A stretch of DNA of 64,000 nucleotides. Origin: Gammaproteobacteria bacterium (lineage in GTDB: Bacteria; Pseudomonadota; Gammaproteobacteria; Ga0077536). Where the stretch lies: NCBI GenBank assembly GCA_050184115.1, contig JBFXAQ010000002.1, forward strand, positions 81,290-145,289, written 5' to 3'. A program made the translations under genes and the position numbers. Below, in pieces: positions 18,533 to 29,467 of the stretch. Numbering within the stretch: the first letter of the stretch is position 1; each line of letters opens with the position of its first letter. The notes under the pieces were generated by a model that was not told the origin of the DNA, did not search any database, and saw nothing but the letters and a program-made list of their open reading frames with translations.

Positions 18533-19370
18533 CGGTGGCGCCGCGCCGCGCGGCCGTCCCTTCTGGCGGCGGCACCGCTGGCTAGTGCTGCGCCGGACTG
18601 CCCAGTTCGGCCTGCTCGGACTGTTCCTGCTCGGCCCCTGGACCGGCATCTGGTGGGTCAAGGGCAACCTCGCCGCGAGCACCTGGTTCGACGTCGTGCC
18701 GCTCAGCGATCCCTTCATCACCCTGCAGAGCTGGCTCGCCGTCGGCCGGGTGACGACGACCGCTCTGCTCGGCGCGGGTCTGGTACTCACCTTCTACTGG
18801 CTGGTCGGCGGCCGCGCGTTCTGTTCCTGGGTGTGCCCGGTCAACGTCATCACCGATGGCGCCCACTGGTTGCGCACGCGGCTGCACCTGCCACCCGGCT
18901 GGCGCCCGCAGCGCAGCCTCAGGCTGTGGTTGATGGCGATGTGCCTGGTCACGGCGGCGCTGAGCGGTGCGCTGGCGTGGGAGCTGGTCAACCCGGTGAC
19001 CCTGGTGCAGCGCGCCCTGGTCTTCGGTGTCGGTACCGGCTGGGCGGTGATGGTGGCCGTGTTCCTGTTCGATCTGCTGGTCAGCCGCCGTGGCTGGTGC
19101 GGGCACCTGTGCCCGGTCGGCGCGTTCTACCGGCTGGTCGGCACGGGCTCGCCGCTACGCGTCGCCGCACACGCCCGCGAGGCCTGCACCGATTGCGGCG
19201 ACTGCTTCGAGGTCTGTCCGGAGCCGCAGGTGATCAGCCCCGCTTTGCGCGGCACGGGCACGCGTATCGTGGTCGCCGGCGATTGCACCAACTGCGGACG
19301 TTGCATCGACGTCTGTCCGGACGACGTTTTCCGCTTCACGCAACGCTACGGCTACCGTCCGCCACGCTGA
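18510..19370 (+). CDS. NapH/MauN-like integral membrane ferredoxin-type protein (quinol dehydrogenase partner of NapG)
   Basis: Four predicted TM helices, CxxxCP motifs on membrane loops, and a C-terminal 2x[4Fe-4S] ferredoxin domain (CTDCGDCFEVCP…CTNCGRCIDVCP). Overlaps the napG-like gene by 23 nt. Confidence 0.75.
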   Translation: MSVPTSPDGGAAPRGRPFWRRHRWLVLRRTAQFGLLGLFLLGPWTGIWWVKGNLAASTWFDVVPLSDPFITLQSWLAVGRVTTTALLGAGLVLTFYWLVGGRAFCSWVCPVNVITDGAHWLRTRLHLPPGWRPQRSLRLWLMAMCLVTAALSGALAWELVNPVTLVQRALVFGVGTGWAVMVAVFLFDLLVSRRGWCGHLCPVGAFYRLVGTGSPLRVAAHAREACTDCGDCFEVCPEPQVISPALRGTGTRIVVAGDCTNCGRCIDVCPDDVFRFTQRYGYRPPR

Positions 19371-21200
19371 ATGCTCGCCCCAGTCGACCTCCTCCTGCGC
19401 GGACTGCCGTGGGTCCTGCTCGCGCTGTGGCTACCGGCCGCACCGGCGCGGGCCGCGTCGACGCCCATCACCGTCCCCGTCACCCTGCCCTACGCGGTGC
19501 TCGAACAGGGCCTCCAAGACCATGTCTTCACGGCCACCGATGGCCGTCTCGAAGTGCTGCGCGACAGCCAAGGTTGCAACCGGCTCAGCGTCGCCCGGCC
19601 TCGCGTTGCCGCCCACGGCGACGGCCGCATAAGCGTGACACTCGACCTCGAAGCACGCGGCGGCACCCCGCTCGGTACGCGCTGCCTGCTGCCGTTCACC
19701 TGGACCGGTACGCTCGATCTCGTCGAGACGCCCTACGTCGAGACCGAGCGGCCGCGGCTCGGCTTCCGCGTCACCGATTCCCACCTCGCGGCCACCAGCG
19801 GCGCCGCCGCGACCGCGCCGACCGTGGTGTGGGACTGGGTCAAGCGTCTCGTACACCCGCGGCTCGAGGCGTTCGTCGTCGACGTCGCTGACCTGCGCGA
19901 GGCCGCGGCGGCGTTGACCGATGCCGCCCTCGCCGACTGGCCCGAGAGCGCCGCGCAGGCCCGCGCCACGCTCACCCTCGACCACCCGATCGGCGGTCCG
20001 CAAGGTCTCGAGCTGGCGCTCGGTTTCGCTCTGTTGGAGCCACCGCCGGCGGCGCGTCGCGCGAGCTTGGACCGGCCGTTCTCCGCGGCTGAACTGGCCG
20101 CTTGGGACGCCGCCTGGCAGGACTGGGATGCCTTCCTCACCTGGACGGTGAAGCAGCTCGCATTGACCACGCCGGTACTGGCCGACGCCCTGCTCGAAAC
20201 CCTGGAGGACGCCCGCTTCGCCCTGCGCGACCTGCTCGCCCGCGATGTCCGCGGCGCCGACCCGGCGCGTGAACTGTTCCACGCCACCTGGTCACGGCTC
20301 GTTCCGCTGCTCGCCACCGCCGGCAACGACGCCGGCACCACGCTGCGCTACCTCGCCTTCATCGGCGCCGGCGATGCCCTGCGCGCGCTCGATCGCGCCG
20401 GCGCCTCGTTCGGGCTGCGTGTCGACCAGGCCGGCCTGCGCGCGCTCGCGCGCAGCCTCGTGCCCGCGGTGGACCCGGCCGAACTCACCTGGGACGAACG
20501 GCCCGACCCGGCACTACGCGAGCTCTACGGCCTGGCGCCCGAACCGGCCTTTGCCGGCGCGAACACCGGCGCGGCGCCGCCAACCTGGTTCGACTGGCTG
20601 CTGCGTCCGGCCGTCGCCGCCACGGACCCGCCAGCGTCCTGGCTGCCGCCGGATGACGACCCCGCCGCCTACCTCGAACGGGTCGACGGCCTGCTCGCCG
20701 AGATCGTCGCCACGGGCGACGGCGCGCAGCGCGTGCCGCCGCGCTTTCTCGAGGTCTACCGTGTGCTGGTGCCCGCAACCGCGTGGCAGGAGAGCTGCTG
20801 GCGGCAGTTCATCGAGCGCGACGGCACGGTCGAGCCGATTCGCTCGGCGGCGGGTTCGGTCGGGCTCATGCAGATCAACCGCCACGTCTGGCGCGGGCTC
20901 TACGACGTCGATCGCCTTGCCGACGACATTGCCTACAACGCCCACGCCGGCAACGAGATCCTGCTGCACTACCTCGTCGACTACGCGCTCAAAAAGAAGG
21001 AACACGAAGCGCGCGGACGGATCGACGATCTCGCACGCGCGACCTACGCGGTCTACAACGGCGGCCCGGGTCACCTGCGTCGCTATCGCCAGGACGACAC
21101 GCGTGCCCCGCTCAGAGCCATCGACGAGGCGTTCTGGAAGAAGTACCAGGCCATGCGCACGCGCGGCGCCACCGCCGTGCGCAGCTGCTACGCGCGCTGA
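19371..21200 (+). CDS. Secreted protein with a C-terminal lytic transglycosylase (SLT) domain and an unrecognised N-terminal domain of about 450 aa
   Basis: Signal peptide (…WLPAAPARAAS). SLT catalytic motif (…WQESCWRQF…SAAGSVGLMQIN…YNAHAGNEILL…). ATG directly abuts the napH-like stop (TGAATG). Confidence 0.7.
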   Translation: MLAPVDLLLRGLPWVLLALWLPAAPARAASTPITVPVTLPYAVLEQGLQDHVFTATDGRLEVLRDSQGCNRLSVARPRVAAHGDGRISVTLDLEARGGTPLGTRCLLPFTWTGTLDLVETPYVETERPRLGFRVTDSHLAATSGAAATAPTVVWDWVKRLVHPRLEAFVVDVADLREAAAALTDAALADWPESAAQARATLTLDHPIGGPQGLELALGFALLEPPPAARRASLDRPFSAAELAAWDAAWQDWDAFLTWTVKQLALTTPVLADALLETLEDARFALRDLLARDVRGADPARELFHATWSRLVPLLATAGNDAGTTLRYLAFIGAGDALRALDRAGASFGLRVDQAGLRALARSLVPAVDPAELTWDERPDPALRELYGLAPEPAFAGANTGAAPPTWFDWLLRPAVAATDPPASWLPPDDDPAAYLERVDGLLAEIVATGDGAQRVPPRFLEVYRVLVPATAWQESCWRQFIERDGTVEPIRSAAGSVGLMQINRHVWRGLYDVDRLADDIAYNAHAGNEILLHYLVDYALKKKEHEARGRIDDLARATYAVYNGGPGHLRRYRQDDTRAPLRAIDEAFWKKYQAMRTRGATAVRSCYAR

Positions 21201-21212
21201 AGCGACGGTCGC

Positions 21213-23158
<1,946 letters not shown>

Positions 23159-24340
23159 TCATAAATCCTCGAGCTGCCAGCTGCCGCCGGCATCGCTCAG
23201 GCGCTGCGCGCATCCCATGGCGGCAGCATCGCCGGCCTGCCCCGGCAGGCCCTGTACCACGCGGTAACCGGCCGCGCGCAGTTCGCGCATCGCCGCGAGC
23301 AGGTCGGCCGCGGTGCCGGCCGGCGCGAAAATGCGCCCCAGCTCGACGCGCGACGTCGTGCTCAGTGCCGCCAGTACCTTGAGGTCGGTGCTGAAACCGG
23401 TCGCCGAACGCGCCCGGCCGAACGACTGGCCGATGTTGTCGTAGCGCCCGCCCCAGGCGATGGCGCGACCGGCCGCCGGCGTGTAGGCGGCGAACATGAT
23501 CCCGGTGTGGTAACGGTAGCCACGCAGCTCCGCGAAATCGAGATGCACCGTGGCCCGCGGCGCCAGTGCCGCGAGCAGTTCGATGAGGCGGGCGACATCG
23601 TCCAGCGCGCGCGTCACCGCCGCCGGTGCGGTGGCCAGTGCGGCGCGCGCCATGGTCATGACGTCGAGGTCGCCGTTGAGTTCGAGCAGTGCGCCGAGGT
23701 GGATGCGGACCGCGCCGGCCACGCCAGCCTCGTCGAGCACCGCCGCCAGGCCGCTGGCATCCTTGAGCAGCAATGCTTCGAGCACGCGTGATTCGGCCTC
23801 GGCGCCGATACGTGCTTCCTCGCAGATGGCGTGGAACAGCCCCATGTGGCCCAGTTCCAGCGTGACATCGTCGATGCCGGCGGTGGCGAGGATTTCCAGC
23901 AGCAGCGCGATGACCTCGGCGTCGCTTTCGATGCCCGCATGACCATAGAGTTCGGCGCCTATCTGCAACGGGTTGCGCGAGCCGGCGAACTTGTCCGGCA
24001 GCGTGTGCAGGACCGGACCGATGTAGCAGAAACGTTGCGGATGTTCGGCCGGCAGTCGATGCGCATCGATGCGCGCGACCTGCGGCGTGATATCGGCGCG
24101 CACGCCCATCATGCGACCGGTCACCTGGTCGATGAGCTTGAAGGTCTGCAGGTCGAGATCCTCGCCGATGCCGGACAGCAAGGAGTCGAGGTACTCGATG
24201 ATAGGCGGCACGACGAGGTCGTAACCCCAACGTTCGAAGACGTCCAGGAGCCGCCGGCGCAGGGCTTCGATACGCCACGCGCGCGGTGGCAACACCTCGT
24301 CGACCCCATCGGGCAGCAGCCAGCGGTTACGCTTGCTCAT
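23159..24340 (-). CDS. hisZ: ATP phosphoribosyltransferase regulatory subunit
   Basis: Class-II aaRS-like HisZ fold. Conserved position upstream of purA, as in many proteobacteria. Confidence 0.85.
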   Translation of the reverse strand: MSKRNRWLLPDGVDEVLPPRAWRIEALRRRLLDVFERWGYDLVVPPIIEYLDSLLSGIGEDLDLQTFKLIDQVTGRMMGVRADITPQVARIDAHRLPAEHPQRFCYIGPVLHTLPDKFAGSRNPLQIGAELYGHAGIESDAEVIALLLEILATAGIDDVTLELGHMGLFHAICEEARIGAEAESRVLEALLLKDASGLAAVLDEAGVAGAVRIHLGALLELNGDLDVMTMARAALATAPAAVTRALDDVARLIELLAALAPRATVHLDFAELRGYRYHTGIMFAAYTPAAGRAIAWGGRYDNIGQSFGRARSATGFSTDLKVLAALSTTSRVELGRIFAPAGTAADLLAAMRELRAAGYRVVQGLPGQAGDAAAMGCAQRLSDAGGSWQLEDL

Positions 24341-24343
24341 GAC

Positions 24344-24556
24344 TCAGTGCACGGCGTAGAGAAGAACCACGCCGCCGATCATGCAGACCAGGCCGGCCAC
24401 GCGCAGGCTGCGGTCGTCCAGGCGCGCCGCGGTGACGAGCGTGCGGCGGAAGCGGGTCGGGTTGAGGAACGGCATGATGCCTTCGAACACCATCATCAAG
24501 GCAAGTGCCGTGAGCAGATCGCCTAGCACGACGGCGGGCGTTGTCGGCCCGCGCAC
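24344..24556 (-). CDS. DUF2065-family small membrane protein (YjeT-like)
   Basis: About 60-70 aa with two hydrophobic helices (…LLTALALMMVFEGIMPFL…LDDRSLRVAGLVCMIGGVVLLY). Sits in the conserved position between hflC and purA/hisZ. Confidence 0.6.
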   Translation of the reverse strand: MRGPTTPAVVLGDLLTALALMMVFEGIMPFLNPTRFRRTLVTAARLDDRSLRVAGLVCMIGGVVLLYAVH

Positions 24557-24568
24557 ACACCGCGGCCG

Positions 24569-25429
24569 CTACTGCCCACGCGGATTGCCGAAATACTTGA
24601 AGAACTCCGAGTCGGGCTCGAGCAGGAGCACGTCGTTCTTGCCGCTGAAGCTCGATTTGTAGGCATTCAGGCTGCGGTAGAAATCGTAGAACTCCGGGTC
24701 GCGGGTGTAGGCCTCGGCGTAGATCTCGGCCGCGCTGGCATCGCCGGCACCACGCAGGTTCTCGGCGTCACGGTAGGCTTCGGCCGAGATCACCGTACGC
24801 TGACGATCGGCATCCGCGCGGATGGTGATCGCTTCCTTGTCGCCGCGAGCACGGAACTCGCGCGCCACGCGCGAGCGCTCCGAGCGCATGCGCTCGTAGA
24901 CGTTGCTCGACACCTCGGTCGGCAGGTCGATGCGCTTGAGGCGCACGTCGACGATCTCCATACCGAGCGCCTCGCCACGCTCGTTGGCCATGTGCGTGAC
25001 CGTCTTCATGATCGCGCCGCGCTCGCCGGAGACCACTTCCTGCACGTTGCGCTTGCCGAATTCGCTGCGCAGGCCATCGTTGATCTTCTGGTAGAGCAGC
25101 AGGCCGGCGCGACGCGGATCGCCGTCAGTCGACTTGTAGAACTGCTCGACGTCGAGAATCCGCCAGCGCGCGAAGGAGTCGACGATGACGTCCTTCTTCT
25201 CGCCGGTGAGGAAGCGCTGTGGTTCGGCGTCGAGCGTCTGCAGGCGTTTGTCGAAGGTGCGTACGTTGTGCAGCAGCGGGACCATGAAATGCAGTCCCGG
25301 ACCGTAGTCGGAGCGCTTGATCTTGCCGAGCTGGAAGAGGATGGCGTACTCGTACTCGTAGACGCGGAAGGTACACATCCACGCCAGGCCGAGCAGCAGG
25401 ACGACGACGGTGAAGATTCGCGCGGCCAT
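24569..25429 (-). CDS. hflC: Protease modulator HflC
   Basis: SPFH/band-7 domain. Starts at MAARIFTVVV…. The stop/start is 2 nt from hflK. Confidence 0.9.
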   Translation of the reverse strand: MAARIFTVVVLLLGLAWMCTFRVYEYEYAILFQLGKIKRSDYGPGLHFMVPLLHNVRTFDKRLQTLDAEPQRFLTGEKKDVIVDSFARWRILDVEQFYKSTDGDPRRAGLLLYQKINDGLRSEFGKRNVQEVVSGERGAIMKTVTHMANERGEALGMEIVDVRLKRIDLPTEVSSNVYERMRSERSRVAREFRARGDKEAITIRADADRQRTVISAEAYRDAENLRGAGDASAAEIYAEAYTRDPEFYDFYRSLNAYKSSFSGKNDVLLLEPDSEFFKYFGNPRGQ

Positions 25430-25430
25430 C

Positions 25431-26582
25431 TCAGCGCACCGCCCGCGTACGTCCGCTGCGGCGGTCGCGCATGCTGTCTTCGGTACCCGGCACGTACGGC
25501 GTGCGCTCCTGGGTCGTGCCGCCCGCGTCGTTCTCGCCGGCCGCCTCACGCTGGCGGTCGAGCAACTTGTCGATCGGCAGGTACATCAGGCTCGAACCCT
25601 GTTCGTTGTCCACGATCACCTTGGTGCTCTCCGACATGACCTCCTCGATGGTTTCGAGGTAGAGGCGCTGGCGGGTGACCGCCGGCGCCTTCTCGTACTC
25701 CGTCAGCAGTTGCTTGAAACGCTTCGCCTCACCATCAGCCTGTGCCACGACACGCTCCTTGTAGGCTTCGGCGTCCAGACGGATGCGCGCCGCCTCGCCC
25801 TGCGCGCGTTCGACGATTTCGTTGCGGTAGGCCTCGGCCTCGTTGATCTTGCGCTGCTCGTCCTCGCGCGCCTTGATGGCGTCGTCGAACGCGGCCTTGA
25901 CCTCTTCCGGCGGTTTGGCCGGCTGCATGTTCACACTCGACACCTCGATGCCGGATTCGTAGTTGTCGAGGATCTCCTGGATCAGCGATTGTGCGCTGAC
26001 CGCGATCTCGGCACGGCCCTCGGTGATGACGAAGTCCAACGTGCTCTGGCCGATGATGTCGCGGATGGCGGCCTCGGTGACCCGTTGCACCGAGACCTCG
26101 GGGTCGGCGATGCGGAACAGGTAGTTCTGCGGTTCGCGGATGCGGTACTGCACTGCGAGTTCCACTTCGACGATGTTCTCGTCGCCAGTCAGCATCGCCG
26201 AGTCGGCAGTGAGCGTCTGGATGCGCTCGACGTTGACCTTGACGACTTCCTCGAACGGCCGCGGCAGGCGAATGTGCGGGCCGGGTGTGAGGGTCGTGAC
26301 GTACTTACCGAAGCGCATGACCACGCCGGCCTCGGCCGGATCGATGCGGTAGACCATCTCCCAGGCCAGCAGAGCCAAGGCCAGGACGCCGACCACCGCC
26401 CACACAGCGGCGTTCTCGCCGTTGTTGCCGCCGCCATCGCCACTGCCCCGGCCGCCGCCGAACAGGCCGCCGAGCTTCTGCTGCATCTTGCGCACGACCT
26501 CGTCCAGATCGGGCGGCCCCTGGTCTTTGCGGCGGTTCCCCCAGGGGTCGCGATCGTCGCCGTCTGGATCGTTCCAGGCCAT
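25431..26582 (-). CDS. hflK: Protease modulator HflK
   Basis: SPFH domain with N-terminal Gly-rich region and single TM segment. AAGAGAA RBS. Confidence 0.9.
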   Translation of the reverse strand: MAWNDPDGDDRDPWGNRRKDQGPPDLDEVVRKMQQKLGGLFGGGRGSGDGGGNNGENAAVWAVVGVLALALLAWEMVYRIDPAEAGVVMRFGKYVTTLTPGPHIRLPRPFEEVVKVNVERIQTLTADSAMLTGDENIVEVELAVQYRIREPQNYLFRIADPEVSVQRVTEAAIRDIIGQSTLDFVITEGRAEIAVSAQSLIQEILDNYESGIEVSSVNMQPAKPPEEVKAAFDDAIKAREDEQRKINEAEAYRNEIVERAQGEAARIRLDAEAYKERVVAQADGEAKRFKQLLTEYEKAPAVTRQRLYLETIEEVMSESTKVIVDNEQGSSLMYLPIDKLLDRQREAAGENDAGGTTQERTPYVPGTEDSMRDRRSGRTRAVR

Positions 26583-26791
26583 TGAATTCTCTTGTCTTGT
26601 GCGGTTGCGCAGGTGAGGGCGCCGATTGTAAGGGGCACACCCTGCATGTTCAATCGCGCGCGGGCCGCGTCAGGCTCGGACGCGCCCCTGCACCAACTTC
26701 GCGCGCCCTGCCCGGCACAGCTGGTTCGTGGCCACACGAACCGTGCTTGCAACGAGCGGGGCCGCTCCGTTATACGGCCGCGCAGCGCCCC

Positions 26792-28123
26792 TCAGACCAG
26801 TTCGCCCGACCCCTCCGGCGCCGACTCGAGCGGCGCCTCTTCGTCGGCAACCTCCGTGACCAGGGCGGCGAATCCGGGCTCGGCGCGCAAACCCTGCCAG
26901 CGGGCTTCGCCGAGACTGGTCTCGACCAGCCAGCCGCCTTCCGGAAGGTTGCTCTCGTCGACCACGGCGCCCCATTCATAGAGTCGCGCGCGCAGGCGTC
27001 CGGCCGCCGCTGCCAGGCGCAGCCAGCGGCGGTTCTTGCGTTCGTCGAGGTGTTCGCCGATGGCGGCGAGCAGGAGATGACAGCCGCGCCCGTCGAGGGC
27101 CGACAGCCACACCCGCCGCACGCGGCCCTGGGCATCGCGCTCGACGGCCGGCTCACGCCCGGCGATGGCATCGATCTTGTTACAGACCTCGATCACCGGC
27201 ACCGCGCCGGCACCGATGCGCGTGAGCACCTCGAGCACGTCGGCCACACGCTGCTCGCGCTCCTCGTCGGCGGCGTCGATCACGTGCAGCAGCAGCGTCG
27301 CGTCGCGCGTTTCTTCCAGCGTCGCCTCGAAGGCGGCGACGAGTTCGGGCGGCAGACGGCGGATGAAGCCGACGGTGTCGCTCAGCACCACCGGGTGCTC
27401 ACCCGGCACGTCGAGCGTGCGCAAGGTCGTGTCGAGCGTGGCGAAGAGCTGGTCGGCGGCGTAGACGTCACCCGCGGTGAGGCGATTGAACAGGGTCGAC
27501 TTGCCGGCGTTGGTATAGCCGACCAGCGCCACCGTCGAGAGCAGGGCGCGCTTGCGCGCCCGCGTGCCCTGCCGGCGCTGACGCTTGACCCGTTCGAGCT
27601 TCTCGTTGATCTGCTTGATGCGTACGCCAATCAGACGGCGATCGGTTTCGAGCTGCGTTTCACCCGGCCCGCGCAGGCCGATGCCACCCTTTTGCCGCTC
27701 GAGGTGCGTCCAGCCGCGCACGAGGCGGGTCGAGAGATGCTTGAGCTGGGCCAGTTCGACCTGCAGCTTGCCTTCGAAAGAGCGCGCGCGCTGGGCGAAG
27801 ATGTCCAGGATGAGGCCGGTGCGATCCAGCACGCGGCATTCGAGATGCCGTTCGAGGTTGCGTTCCTGCGCCGGTGAGAGATCGTGGTTGACGAGCACGA
27901 CCTCGATGTCCCCGGCGCGACAGGCTTCGGCGATCTCGTCGGCCTTCCCGCTGCCGACGAAGAACTTGGCGTCGGGCGTGGTGCGGCGGGCGTGGATGGC
28001 GGCCACCGGCGCGACCGCGGCCGCCCGTGCCAGCTCCGTGAACTCCGCGCTGTCGTCGTCGTCCGGCGCGAACTGCACGTGGACGAGCAACGCCCGCTCG
28101 CCACCCGAGGGACGTTCAAGCAA
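26792..28123 (-). CDS. hflX: GTPase HflX
   Basis: HflX N-domain plus G-domain (GYTNAGKST, DTVGF, NKID). Apparent TTG start 21 nt after the hfq stop. Confidence 0.85.
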   Translation of the reverse strand: MLERPSGGERALLVHVQFAPDDDDSAEFTELARAAAVAPVAAIHARRTTPDAKFFVGSGKADEIAEACRAGDIEVVLVNHDLSPAQERNLERHLECRVLDRTGLILDIFAQRARSFEGKLQVELAQLKHLSTRLVRGWTHLERQKGGIGLRGPGETQLETDRRLIGVRIKQINEKLERVKRQRRQGTRARKRALLSTVALVGYTNAGKSTLFNRLTAGDVYAADQLFATLDTTLRTLDVPGEHPVVLSDTVGFIRRLPPELVAAFEATLEETRDATLLLHVIDAADEEREQRVADVLEVLTRIGAGAVPVIEVCNKIDAIAGREPAVERDAQGRVRRVWLSALDGRGCHLLLAAIGEHLDERKNRRWLRLAAAAGRLRARLYEWGAVVDESNLPEGGWLVETSLGEARWQGLRAEPGFAALVTEVADEEAPLESAPEGSGELV

Positions 28124-28144
28124 GTGCGCGGAGACCCCGGACGG

Positions 28145-28408
28145 TCAAGAGGCGTCGTCGTCCTTGGCGTCGGCATCGTCGGCCTGGTCGGCACGCGGCA
28201 GGCGCACGTTGCGCGCCGGCACCACCGTCGAGATAGCGTGCTTGTAGACCATCTGGCTGACGGAATTCTTGAGCAGGATGACGAACTGGTCGAAGGACTC
28301 GATCTGTCCCTGCAGCTTGATGCCGTTGACCAGGTAGATCGAGACCGGCACGCGCTCACGCCGCAGCGCGTTCAGGTACGGCTCCTGGAGTGATTGTCCC
28401 TTGCTCAT
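28145..28408 (-). CDS. hfq: RNA chaperone Hfq
   Basis: Sm1/Sm2 motifs (…[27 protein letters not shown]…YKHAIST…) and an acidic C-tail. AAGGAGA RBS. Confidence 0.95.
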   Translation of the reverse strand: MSKGQSLQEPYLNALRRERVPVSIYLVNGIKLQGQIESFDQFVILLKNSVSQMVYKHAISTVVPARNVRLPRADQADDADAKDDDAS

Positions 28409-28510
28409 GGCAGTCTCCTTGTTCTTGTTATGGGCATTCGCGGTGTCGGGTGCCGTCGCGAGGGCTGTCCGTGCCGGGGTTCGCGCTGATAAGCCCCGCC
28501 GTACTCTAAA

Positions 28511-29467
28511 TCAGTTCGGCTGCATTGCAAAATCGACCGCCCGCGCGCCCGCCTCGAGCAGGGTATCGAGGACGCCGGGCCCGTCCAACCAGGTGCAGTC
28601 GCGCTCCCGACGCAACCAGGTGAGCTGGCGCTTGGCGAGCTGGCGCGTGTCGACCACGCCGCGTTCGCGCAGGTCGGCAAGACTGTACTCGCCGTCGAGA
28701 TAGCGCCAGGTGGCGCGGTAACCGACCGCGCGCATGGCCGGCATGTCGGCCGACAGCGCCGCCCGCCGCCGCAGCATCGCCACTTCGTTGACGAAGCCGC
28801 GCTCCAGCATGTCGTCGAAACGCCGGGCGATGCGCGCGTGCAACTCGGGGCGCTCGGCCGGCGCGACGATGAACTTCAACGGCCGCGGTGTAAGCCGCTC
28901 GAGCGGCCGCTGCGCCCACAGCGCACTCAGCGGTCGGCCGGTCAGGCGGTGCACTTCCAGTGCACGCAACAGCCGTTGCGGATCGTTCGGGTGGATGCGC
29001 GCCGCGGCTGCCGGATCGACCGCGGCGAGTCGTGCATGCAGCGCGGCCCCGCCCACCTGCGCGAGCTCGTGCGCCAGTTCCGCGCGCAGCGTGGAATCGG
29101 CCGCCGGAAGTTCGGCCAGGCCCTCTTCCAGCGCGCGGAAATAGAGCCCCGTGCCCCCGACCAGGAGCGGAACGCGACCGCGTGCAGCGATGGCCGCGAT
29201 CGCCGCGCGCGCATCGCTGCGAAACTCCGCGGCCGAGTAGGGTTCGGCCGGGTCGCGGATGTCGAGTAAGTGGTGTGGGACCCGCTGCTGCTCGGCCGGC
29301 GTCGGCTTGGCCGTGCCGATATCGAGGCCGCGATAGACCAGCGCCGAGTCGACGCTGACGATCTCGATCGGCAAGCGTGCCGCGAGCGCCAGAGCGAGAC
29401 GCGTCTTGCCGGCGCCGGTAGGCCCCATGAGAAACAACGCCGGACCGTCGTAGCGCACCTCAGCCAT
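28511..29467 (-). CDS. miaA: tRNA dimethylallyltransferase
   Basis: P-loop GPTGAGKT, …[18 protein letters not shown]…. ATG overlaps the mutL 3' end by 8 nt. Confidence 0.9.
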   Translation of the reverse strand: MAEVRYDGPALFLMGPTGAGKTRLALALAARLPIEIVSVDSALVYRGLDIGTAKPTPAEQQRVPHHLLDIRDPAEPYSAAEFRSDARAAIAAIAARGRVPLLVGGTGLYFRALEEGLAELPAADSTLRAELAHELAQVGGAALHARLAAVDPAAAARIHPNDPQRLLRALEVHRLTGRPLSALWAQRPLERLTPRPLKFIVAPAERPELHARIARRFDDMLERGFVNEVAMLRRRAALSADMPAMRAVGYRATWRYLDGEYSLADLRERGVVDTRQLAKRQLTWLRRERDCTWLDGPGVLDTLLEAGARAVDFAMQPN

